Source: an uncultured Chloroflexia bacterium (GTDB lineage Bacteria; Chloroflexota; Anaerolineae; Anaerolineales; UBA4823). From it: a stretch of 24,000 nucleotides of DNA. The notes under the pieces are model-generated. The model searched no databases. It saw nothing but the letters and a program-made list of their open reading frames with translations, and was not told where the DNA came from. Both the position numbers and the translations under genes were made by a program. Below are positions 8,474 through 15,890 of the stretch, piece by piece. The first letter of the stretch is position 1, and the number at the start of each line of letters is the position of its first letter. The stretch covers positions 69,084-93,083 of the forward strand of contig CAVYQO010000009.1 in the NCBI GenBank assembly GCA_963770655.1. The letters run 5' to 3'.

Positions 8474-8502
8474 TTGACATTCTTCGCACATGCCCGTATA
8501 AT
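8474..8502 (+). promoter_or_regulatory. Consensus sigma-70-type promoter for rpmF
   Basis: TTGACA (8474..8479), a 17-nt spacer, then TATAAT (8497..8502). Both hexamers are perfect. Confidence 0.7.
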
Positions 8503-8508
8503 CCTTTC

Positions 8509-8527
8509 GCCTGCCCAATGGGCAGGC
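8509..8527 (+). other. 5'-proximal stem-loop of the predicted rpmF mRNA
   Basis: GCCTGCCC-AAT-GGGCAGGC forms an 8-bp perfect GC-rich stem. It starts about 7 nt after the -10 box, at or next to the predicted transcription start. No U-tract follows. Confidence 0.5.
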
Positions 8528-8584
8528 ATTCTTATGGAAAATCAGGCCAAGTGACCTGTTTGCAATAAACTTAGGAGAAAGACA

Positions 8585-8779
8585 ATGCCCCCACATCCGA
8601 AGAGAAAACTTTCCAAGGGTCGCCGTGATCGTCGTCGCGCTCACAACTCTCTGGAACCACGAAACCTGGTAGCTTGCAGCAATTGCGGCGAAATGCGCTT
8701 ACCGCACACCGTTTGCCCGAACTGCGGACACTACAAGGGTCGCGAAGTAATCGCCAAAGAACCTGAAAAGAAAAAATAA
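8585..8779 (+). CDS. rpmF: 50S ribosomal protein L32
   Basis: 64 aa: MPPHPKRKLSKGRRDRRRAH... with the Cys4 knuckle CSNCG...CPNCG. AGGAG SD lies upstream. Confidence 0.93.
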   Translation: MPPHPKRKLSKGRRDRRRAHNSLEPRNLVACSNCGEMRLPHTVCPNCGHYKGREVIAKEPEKKK

Positions 8780-8795
8780 AACCCGCTTTTCCAGT

Positions 8796-8825
8796 AAAAA
8801 CCACCCGTACGGGTGGTTTTTTATT
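8796..8825 (+). terminator. Rho-independent terminator after rpmF
   Basis: CCACCC-GTAC-GGGTGG stem, extendable by A/T pairs, is followed by TTTTTT. Confidence 0.8.
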
Positions 8826-8900
8826 CGTTAAGCAATGTAACCAAATCGCACAATTTGGGTTAAAACAGTACAATCTAAATCGAAACAGGATGAGGTGAAG

Positions 8901-9836
8901 ATGACCCAAAGAATTGCATTTCTTTTTCCAGGCCAGGGATCCCAGTTTGTCGGGATGGGCAATGAGTTGGCTGATGCTTTCGCGACGGCTAGAAAAGTAT
9001 TTGAAGAGGCTGATGAAATTTTGGGAGTTAACCTTTCTGAGTTAGCCTGGCGAGGACCTGCCGAAGAATTAAACGACACGGTCAACACCCAACCCGCCCT
9101 GCTTGTGCATTCGGTGGCGGTCTTGGAAGTTCTCCGCCAGGAATATCCACGTATTGAAGCGCAGTTCGTTGCTGGACATTCGATGGGAGAGTTGAGCGCA
9201 TTGGTCGCTGCTGGGGCGTTGAGTTTCGAAAAGGCCCTGCTGCTTGCCCGGAAGCGCGGCGAATTGATGAAACGAGCCGGCGAGACGAATCCAGGCGGGA
9301 TGGCGGCAATTTTAGGATTAGATATCAAGACTCTGGAAGGAGTCTGCGCCCAGGCAAGCACTCCACTAGAGGTGGTTCAGGTTGCAAATGATAATTGTCC
9401 TGGTCAGGTGGTCATCTCTGGCAACAGCCAGGCGCTCATCCGCGCAATTCAGCTTGCCCAAGAAGCCGGGGCGCGCCGGGCAAAAGCCCTGGCGGTGAGT
9501 ATTGCCGCGCATTCACCTCTAATGCTTAACGCCCAAGCTAACTTCAACCAAGCTATCGATAACGCTTCGATTCAGGACCCTACCACGCCGATGATCGGAA
9601 ATTTGAGCGCAACTCCGCTAAACACCGCCGATGAAATCCGGATGGACCTACAAGGGCAGTTGACTTCGCGGGTACGCTGGACTGAATCGATCGAAACGTT
9701 GCTCGCTCAAAATATCAGCTTATTTTTCGAGCTGGGGAGCGGCAACGTGCTGACCGGATTGTTGAAACGGATCAATGATCAGGTAACCGGGCTGGCTTTG
9801 GGGTCATCGACGGATTTCGCAAAAATTACCCTGTAA
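8901..9836 (+). CDS. fabD: Malonyl-CoA:ACP transacylase FabD
   Basis: N-terminal FLFPGQGSQ, the active-site motif GHSMGE, and the conserved downstream region (AVSIAAHSPLM). ATG 8901 has GAGG 5 nt upstream. The ORF track starts at GTG 8895. Confidence 0.92.
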   Translation: MTQRIAFLFPGQGSQFVGMGNELADAFATARKVFEEADEILGVNLSELAWRGPAEELNDTVNTQPALLVHSVAVLEVLRQEYPRIEAQFVAGHSMGELSALVAAGALSFEKALLLARKRGELMKRAGETNPGGMAAILGLDIKTLEGVCAQASTPLEVVQVANDNCPGQVVISGNSQALIRAIQLAQEAGARRAKALAVSIAAHSPLMLNAQANFNQAIDNASIQDPTTPMIGNLSATPLNTADEIRMDLQGQLTSRVRWTESIETLLAQNISLFFELGSGNVLTGLLKRINDQVTGLALGSSTDFAKITL

Positions 9837-9923
9837 TTGGATTGCCAACAAACAAGACCGCACCGAGAATCAGGGATGATGGATTGGATTGCCTTTGAAA
9901 AATCCCCTAAATTTCAATTGCGG

Positions 9924-9929
9924 TATAAT
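9924..9929 (+). promoter_or_regulatory. Candidate -10 box (TATAAT) upstream of fabG
   Basis: Perfect TATAAT lies 25 nt upstream of the fabG ATG, followed by AAAGGAG SD. I could not find a good -35 at 16-18 nt spacing. Confidence 0.35.
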
Positions 9930-9954
9930 CACATTGCTAAAGGAGAACTGAACC

Positions 9955-10701
9955 ATGAGCTTCGAAGGAAAAACTGCAGTGATCACAGGCGCTTCGCGAG
10001 GGATCGGGCGAGCAATCGCTGAGGTATTCGCTGAACGCGGTGCAGATGTGGTAATTGCCGATATCAACGAGCCGCTTGCTCAAAGCACGGCCCAGGAAAT
10101 CGCGGCAAGTACTGGCCGGCGAGCGCTTCCGGTGATGGTGAACGTTTCTGAGCTGGCCTCCTGCCAACAAATGATCGATACTGCAATCGCCGAATTTGGG
10201 AAAGTTGACATTTTGGTAAATAACGCCGGCATCACGCGTGATAATCTGATTATGCGCATGGACGAGAAGGATTTCGATTTGGTGATCGATATCAACTTGA
10301 AAGGTGTTTGGAACTGCGCCAAGGCCACGGTGCGCTCAATGATGAAACAGCGCTATGGGCGGATCGTCAACGTTGCCTCGGTATCAGGTATCGGTGGGCT
10401 CCCTGGGCAAACCAATTATTCAGCCTCGAAGGCCGGGGTAATTGGGCTTACCAAAGCGCTGGCTAAAGAGGTCGCAGCGCGAAACATCACGGTCAATGCA
10501 GTCGCGCCTGGGTATGTGACCACTGTTCTCACCCAGGATTTATCGGACGAGATTAAAGACTTTGCATCCCGAATTACCCCGATCCAACGCTGGGCTGAAC
10601 CACGTGAGATTGCTTATGCTGTTGCTTTCTTTGCCTCGGATGAGGCCGCCTATATCACCGGACAAGTACTGCGGATCGACGGCGGGATGTTACTAGGATA
10701 A
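9955..10701 (+). CDS. fabG: 3-oxoacyl-ACP reductase FabG (classical SDR)
   Basis: TGASRGIGRAIA cofactor motif, NNAGITRD, catalytic YSASKAG, and a position directly after fabD. Confidence 0.88.
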   Translation: MSFEGKTAVITGASRGIGRAIAEVFAERGADVVIADINEPLAQSTAQEIAASTGRRALPVMVNVSELASCQQMIDTAIAEFGKVDILVNNAGITRDNLIMRMDEKDFDLVIDINLKGVWNCAKATVRSMMKQRYGRIVNVASVSGIGGLPGQTNYSASKAGVIGLTKALAKEVAARNITVNAVAPGYVTTVLTQDLSDEIKDFASRITPIQRWAEPREIAYAVAFFASDEAAYITGQVLRIDGGMLLG

Positions 10702-10715
10702 AACACGAACAACAA

Positions 10716-10748
10716 AAGGAACCATACCAACGATTGGTATGGTTCCTT
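10716..10748. other. Perfect 15-bp hairpin/palindrome between fabG and the Asp23-family gene (possible terminator or processing/binding site)
   Basis: AAGGAACCATACCAA-CGA-TTGGTATGGTTCCTT. On the plus strand only TT follows the stem. On the minus strand a T-rich run (TTTTGTTGTT) follows. Confidence 0.45.
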
Positions 10749-10766
10749 AGTAGATCAGGAGGCAAG

Positions 10767-11192
10767 ATGACTAATTCGAAGCAAAACTCCCCAACTGAAA
10801 GCGGCGAAAAAAAACGAAGAGCAAAAAAAAGAGATCCCGAAACATCCGTAGTTGAATATGTAAATGGACCGGGTATCACCACGATCGCCCCCGAAGTCAT
10901 CATAAGTATTGCGCGATTGACCACCATTGAAACTCCCGGCGTCAGCCGGATGAGCCCAGTACCCGGTGCGGTCAGCCGGCTGCGCCGGGGAGGCGCCGAC
11001 GGGATTCTTCTCGATATTGTCAATGAATCGGTCACTGCAGAAGTTTACATTGTCGTCAAAAACGACGTCAATTTGCGCGAGGTCAGTCGAAATGTGCAGC
11101 GCAACGTCACTCGAGCAATTTCAGAAATGGTGGGTCTCCAGGTTGGGCGAGTGAATATTCATATCGAAGATATCGATTTTCCAGCGGGGTGA
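10767..11192 (+). CDS. Asp23/Gls24 (DUF322) family envelope-stress protein
   Basis: ATG 10767 follows AGGAGG. A basic N-terminal tail is followed by the family-typical ITTIAPEVIISIARLTTIETPGV... and ...GLQVGRVNIHIEDI. The position upstream of nusB is common for this family. Confidence 0.8.
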   Translation: MTNSKQNSPTESGEKKRRAKKRDPETSVVEYVNGPGITTIAPEVIISIARLTTIETPGVSRMSPVPGAVSRLRRGGADGILLDIVNESVTAEVYIVVKNDVNLREVSRNVQRNVTRAISEMVGLQVGRVNIHIEDIDFPAG

Positions 11193-11207
11193 AAGGTACG
11201 CCACGAC

Positions 11208-11693
11208 ATGAAACCTCGCACCAAGGCGCGCGGCATAGCCCTGCAAGCCCTCTATGAAATTGATATGACCGGCCATGTTCCGCAGAAGGTGATCCTCGAG
11301 CGAGTGACAGAAGCTGGACTAGATGAAGAGCTCAGCGAGTTTGCCACAACGATCGCACTTAACGTTTGGTCAATGGTTGCCGTCCTGGATAAATTCATTG
11401 GCGAACATGCCCCCGAATGGCCGCTTGACCAGGTGGCTGTAATCGACAGAAACATCCTGCGGATTGCGCTTTGGGAATTTGCCGTCAGCGGACAAACTCC
11501 AGTAAAAGTCGCGATTAATGAAGCAGTCGAGCTCGCTAAGGTGTATGGCTCAGATAGCTCGCCGCGGTTTGTCAATGGCGTCCTGGGTAGTTTGTCATCC
11601 AACCAGAACCAGATCCAACAAGCCTTGAAGCGCCTTGACTCGAACAAGACGCCTCCAGTGCAAGAGAGCACACCGCCGGATCTTTCATCATAA
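11208..11693 (+). CDS. nusB: Transcription antitermination factor NusB
   Basis: RGIALQALYEIDM..., DRNILRIALWEF and AINEAVELAKVYG..SPRFVNGVLG blocks. The C-terminal tail is low-complexity. Confidence 0.9.
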   Translation: MKPRTKARGIALQALYEIDMTGHVPQKVILERVTEAGLDEELSEFATTIALNVWSMVAVLDKFIGEHAPEWPLDQVAVIDRNILRIALWEFAVSGQTPVKVAINEAVELAKVYGSDSSPRFVNGVLGSLSSNQNQIQQALKRLDSNKTPPVQESTPPDLSS

Positions 11694-11705
11694 TTTAGAT
11701 AAGTC

Positions 11706-12281
11706 ATGGAATTTCTTGGGATCGGTCCCCTTGAACTACTGATCGTCTTGCTGCTTGCCTTGGTCTTGCTAGGACCAAAGGATATGGCTAAAGCGGGTCG
11801 TTCCCTGGGAAAATACATGCGCAAGATTGTCACCTCCCCGCAGTGGAAGGTTGTCACGCAAACCTCGCAGGAATTGCGCAATCTGCCGAACCGGTTAATC
11901 CGTGAAGCCGGCCTGGAGGATATGCAGCAAGAAATTAACAGTCTCCAACAGACCACCTCCGATATACAGGACGTGCTGCGAACATCATCGATCCTACCCC
12001 CGAGTTGGCAGGGAGGGAATACCAGGCAAGCTCCGGTGGGCGACCCGGCAGATCCTCACCAAGATACTGGAACCATTCCCGCAAACGCTGAGCCCGGTAA
12101 TCAGGAGATCGAAGCAGTGTCCAGGAATCAACAAACCTCCGATACGCAAGGTGCAATGGATCTTTCAGCCTGGACTGGAACCGCTCAAGGAAGCACTAAG
12201 CAAACATCCAGCAATCCGGCGGATTTTTCTGCCTGGATTACCCCTTCTAAACCTTCCAAGAAATCACCCACCAAAAAATAG
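11706..12281 (+). CDS. tatA: Twin-arginine translocase TatA/TatB-family subunit with a long low-complexity C-terminal tail
   Basis: The N-terminus MEFLGIGPLELLIVLLLALVLLGPKDMAKAGRSLGKYMRK gives a TM helix plus amphipathic helix. It lies directly upstream of tatC. At 191 aa it is much longer than a minimal TatA. Confidence 0.8.
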   Translation: MEFLGIGPLELLIVLLLALVLLGPKDMAKAGRSLGKYMRKIVTSPQWKVVTQTSQELRNLPNRLIREAGLEDMQQEINSLQQTTSDIQDVLRTSSILPPSWQGGNTRQAPVGDPADPHQDTGTIPANAEPGNQEIEAVSRNQQTSDTQGAMDLSAWTGTAQGSTKQTSSNPADFSAWITPSKPSKKSPTKK

Positions 12282-12290
12282 CGTTCAATC

Positions 12291-13175
12291 ATGCATTCTT
12301 GGAAGAAATTCTTTCACCGGCTTACCAAACCCTTTCGGCTGATTGGCCGATTATTTGGTAAATTATTCGGCTGGCCACGCCGAACCTTCAATCGAATCCG
12401 GGTATTTTTCACCGAAGAGCCTGAAGAAGCGCCGATCACAGAAACCCTGGCAAAGACCGTTGAAAACCCAGAAGGAATGTTTTCCCACCTGATCGCATTG
12501 CGTAAACACTTGACGCGTGCGATTCTTGTGTTTCTAATCATGACCACCCTGGCGGTTGTCTACAATGAAATTATTTTGGAATTCATGACCGAACCGGTAG
12601 GTGGAATTAAAGATGTCATCGCCATCGACGTAACCGAACCCCTCAGCACAGTGATGAAGACATCCTTACTGGTGGGTTTCGCACTTGCCCTGCCCTACAT
12701 TGCCTTTGAGTTATACCTGTTTGTTGCCCCGGCGCTCAGCGCGCGGGCACGGATGTGGGGCTTGATGGCAATTCCAGCTGTGCTGATCCTGTTTGTCACC
12801 GGAATGGCTTTTGCTTATTATATTATGCTGCCGACCGCCGTCCCTTTTTTGTTGAATGTCGGCGGTGTGACGGCCCAGATTCGACTTTCATCCATTGTCA
12901 GCTTTGTGACACGAGTTCTATTCTGGATTGGGATTTCTTTTGAGTTTCCCCTCATCATATTTATCCTGGCGGGACTGGGTATTGTTAACTCCCACCAACT
13001 CCTTCAAAATTGGCGAATTGCGGTAGTCGTCATCGCGATTGTCGCCGCAATAGTCACCCCGACGATCGACCCAGTGAGTATGGGGATTGTGATGGCGCCT
13101 CTAATTTTGTTATATTTTTTGAGCATTGGCCTGGCGGCACTAGCCGGTCGGAGCCGCGCCAGAGCAGCCGCATAA
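12291..13175 (+). CDS. tatC: Twin-arginine translocase subunit TatC
   Basis: The HLIALRKHLTRAILVFL start of the TatC core is followed by six hydrophobic helices. An alternative start is ATG 12477 (MFSHLIALRK...). The 62 aa upstream are basic/amphipathic and could be a genuine extension. Confidence 0.87.
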   Translation: MHSWKKFFHRLTKPFRLIGRLFGKLFGWPRRTFNRIRVFFTEEPEEAPITETLAKTVENPEGMFSHLIALRKHLTRAILVFLIMTTLAVVYNEIILEFMTEPVGGIKDVIAIDVTEPLSTVMKTSLLVGFALALPYIAFELYLFVAPALSARARMWGLMAIPAVLILFVTGMAFAYYIMLPTAVPFLLNVGGVTAQIRLSSIVSFVTRVLFWIGISFEFPLIIFILAGLGIVNSHQLLQNWRIAVVVIAIVAAIVTPTIDPVSMGIVMAPLILLYFLSIGLAALAGRSRARAAA

Positions 13176-13237
13176 ACTAAAAATGGATACAACGGGGGTT
13201 TCGTTCGATTAGGCTAATAAGAGGAGAGGCTGATCAA

Positions 13238-14866
13238 ATGGGTGTGATTCATTCCACGGTGCAGACCAATAGTCCAGAATATTCGGCCAACGCAAGTCGC
13301 CATCGAGAGCTGGCCGATCAGCTCCACCAGAAGGTAGCCGAAGCCAGGCAGGGCGGAGGGGCGCGTTACCGAGAACGCCATCAGGTTTTGGGCAAACTCT
13401 TCGTTCATGAGCGAATCGAGGGGTTGTTAGATCCTGGCTCGCCCTTCCTGGAATTGTCACCCCTGGCGGGTTATCAAGTTTATATCGACCCGGCACCTGC
13501 AGCAGGTATTATCACCGGGATTGGCCGGGTAGCAGGGCGCGAAGTGATGATCATCGCCAACGACGCCACTGTAAAAGGCGGCTCGTACTACCCCTTGACC
13601 GTAAAAAAGCATTTGCGTGCCCAAGAAATTGCCGAAGAAAACTATCTCCCGTGTGTGTACCTGGTTGATTCTGGTGGGGCCTATCTGCCGATGCAAGATG
13701 AGGTATTTCCCGATTCGACCCATTTTGGACGGATTTTCTACAATCAAGCGCGGATGAGCGCAAAAGCCATCCCCCAAATTGCGGCGGTGATGGGTTCTTG
13801 CACCGCCGGAGGCGCTTATGTACCGGCGATGAGCGATGAAACCGTGATCGTAAAAGGAACCGGGACGATTTTCTTAGCCGGACCTCCATTGGTAAGAGCA
13901 GCAACGGGGGAGATTATCAGCGCAGAAGAGCTAGGCGGCGCCGATGTCCATACGCGCCGATTGGGGGTCGCTGATCATTTTGCAGATGACGACGAGCATG
14001 CCATCGAGCTGCTGCGCGGTATCATCGAGAGTCTACCCAAAGCCCGTTCGACCAGCCCGACATGGCTTGATCATCTGGACGTATCCGAACCAGAAGAACC
14101 TGTTTATCCAGCAGAAGAAATTTACGGCATCTTACCCACCAGTTTTCGGCAAAGCTATGACGTCCGCGAAATCATTGCCAGGATCGTTGATGGCAGTGAA
14201 TTTCGTGAGTTCAAAGCCCGCTACGGGATGACCTTGATCTGCGGTTTTGCCCGCATCCACGGCTACCCGGTGGGAGTCATTGGCAACAACGGTGTCCTTC
14301 TCAGTGAGAGCGCTTTGAAGGGAACCCATTTTATCGAGCTTTGCGAACAGCGAGGAATTCCGATCCTCTTTTTACAAAATATAACCGGTTTTATGGTCGG
14401 AAAAGATGCCGAGACCGGTGGAATTGCCAAGGACGGCGCGAAAATGGTCCATGCAGTTTCAAATACTTCCGTACCGAAACTAACCGTGGTGATTGGCGGG
14501 TCATTTGGTGCAGGCAACTATGGCATGGCTGGGCGTGCCTTCGATCCAAGGTTTTTATGGATGTGGCCCAATGGGCGGATCAGCGTCATGGGCGGTGAAC
14601 AGGCGGCGAATGTACTCTTGATGATCAAACAGGAACAGCTTGAACGGGAAGGTAGACCGCCGCTTTCACAAGAAGAAGCTGATAAGTTCAAGCAGCCGAT
14701 CCTGGAAAAATATGAGCACGAGGGCAGCCCCTATTATTCAAGCGCCCGTTTATGGGACGATGGCGTTCTTGATCCAATCGAGACCAGGCGAACGTTAGCG
14801 CTGGCGCTTGCGATTGTGCTGAACTCGCCCAGGACTACCGGCAATTTTGGCGTCTTTCGAATGTGA
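13238..14866 (+). CDS. mccB: Methylcrotonyl-CoA carboxylase carboxyltransferase (beta) subunit, LiuB/AccD1-like
   Basis: 542 aa. Long blocks match the MCCase-beta type as I remember it ([59 protein letters not shown]-terminal FGVFRM). GAGGAGAGG SD lies upstream. Confidence 0.88.
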   Translation: MGVIHSTVQTNSPEYSANASRHRELADQLHQKVAEARQGGGARYRERHQVLGKLFVHERIEGLLDPGSPFLELSPLAGYQVYIDPAPAAGIITGIGRVAGREVMIIANDATVKGGSYYPLTVKKHLRAQEIAEENYLPCVYLVDSGGAYLPMQDEVFPDSTHFGRIFYNQARMSAKAIPQIAAVMGSCTAGGAYVPAMSDETVIVKGTGTIFLAGPPLVRAATGEIISAEELGGADVHTRRLGVADHFADDDEHAIELLRGIIESLPKARSTSPTWLDHLDVSEPEEPVYPAEEIYGILPTSFRQSYDVREIIARIVDGSEFREFKARYGMTLICGFARIHGYPVGVIGNNGVLLSESALKGTHFIELCEQRGIPILFLQNITGFMVGKDAETGGIAKDGAKMVHAVSNTSVPKLTVVIGGSFGAGNYGMAGRAFDPRFLWMWPNGRISVMGGEQAANVLLMIKQEQLEREGRPPLSQEEADKFKQPILEKYEHEGSPYYSSARLWDDGVLDPIETRRTLALALAIVLNSPRTTGNFGVFRM

Positions 14867-14881
14867 GCAGAAAGGAATAGC

Positions 14882-15883
14882 ATGAACATCTTAATCATTG
14901 GTGGAAAACGTTTCGTAGGCAGAGCGTTGGTTGAAACCGCGCTGGCGGCTGGTCACACACTCACTCTGTTCAACCGCGGCCAATCGAATTCAGATTGGTT
15001 TCCCGAAGTAGAAAACATAGCCGGCGATCGCAATGGGGATTTAAGCGCGCTGCAAAACAGACATTGGCAGGCAGTTATCGATACCTGCGGGTATTTTCCG
15101 CGCCAGGTAAACAACCTGCTGACTGCGATTGGGGCGCAAATCGACCACTACACATTCATTTCTTCGATCTCGGTCTATGCAGATTTTAGCAAGCCTGGTC
15201 TGAGCGAGGGCGACCCGGTCGCAAAAATAGACGATCCAAGCATTGAAGAAATCACTGGCGAGAGTTATGGCGCTCTTAAGGCATTATGCGAACAAAGCGC
15301 CGAAACCCTACTCCCAGACCGTGTTTTGACGGTGCGACCAGGCTTAATTGTCGGTCCATATGACCTATCAGACCGCTTTACCTACTGGCCGGTTCGTGTA
15401 CAGCGCGGTGGGGAAATCCTGGCTCCTGATTCTCCGGATTGGTTGACCCAGATTATCGACGTCCGGGACCTGGCAGAATGGACGATCCGCCTGGTCGAAC
15501 ACAACGTCACCGGTATATTTAACGCAACGGGACCGGAAAAACCACTGACGTTTGGTGCTGTGCTCGAGGCAAGCTGCAAGATCAGTGGTAATCAACCAGA
15601 TTTCACCTGGGTAAGCACAAAGTTTCTTCTAGAAAAAGGCGTCCAACCCTGGAGCGAGCTGCCCATGTGGCTTCCTGGAGATGAGGACGCGGGCGGAAAC
15701 GAAATCGATAACCGAAAAGCTGTTCAACATGGGTTAACATTTTCACCCATCGAGCGCACGATTGAAGACACCTTGACCTGGGAAGCCACTCGGCCACTCG
15801 ATCACCCATGGAGAGCAGGTCTTCCCGCCGATCGTGAACGCCAACTACTCGAAGAGTGGCGCAAGGCAAACTTGCCAGCTTGA
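14882..15883 (+). CDS. Atypical SDR / NAD-dependent epimerase-dehydratase family protein
   Basis: IIGGKRFVGRAL Rossmann motif and YGALK (YxxxK). 333 aa, lying between the two carboxylase subunit genes. Confidence 0.75.
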   Translation: MNILIIGGKRFVGRALVETALAAGHTLTLFNRGQSNSDWFPEVENIAGDRNGDLSALQNRHWQAVIDTCGYFPRQVNNLLTAIGAQIDHYTFISSISVYADFSKPGLSEGDPVAKIDDPSIEEITGESYGALKALCEQSAETLLPDRVLTVRPGLIVGPYDLSDRFTYWPVRVQRGGEILAPDSPDWLTQIIDVRDLAEWTIRLVEHNVTGIFNATGPEKPLTFGAVLEASCKISGNQPDFTWVSTKFLLEKGVQPWSELPMWLPGDEDAGGNEIDNRKAVQHGLTFSPIERTIEDTLTWEATRPLDHPWRAGLPADRERQLLEEWRKANLPA

Positions 15884-15890
15884 ACAGGCG

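Noticed and set aside
8828-9361. 177-aa minus-strand ORF antisense to fabD. Similar antisense ORFs lie at 15603..16052, 18215..18721, 13551..13904, 16539..16901 and 17045..17362.
   Set aside because: All lie wholly inside confidently identified plus-strand genes and show no conserved motifs. They are treated as spurious.
9837-9893. 10-bp direct repeat TTGGATTGCC (9837..9846 and 9884..9893) upstream of fabG, as a possible regulator binding site
   Set aside because: There are only two copies of a short repeat, with no dyad symmetry and no known operator that I can match. This could be chance. It is worth a look only if it is conserved in relatives.
11252-11956. 234-aa minus-strand ORF antisense to nusB and tatA
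   Set aside because: It overlaps two well-supported genes completely. The sequence is Ser/Arg/Cys-rich, typical of antisense frames in mid-to-high GC DNA.
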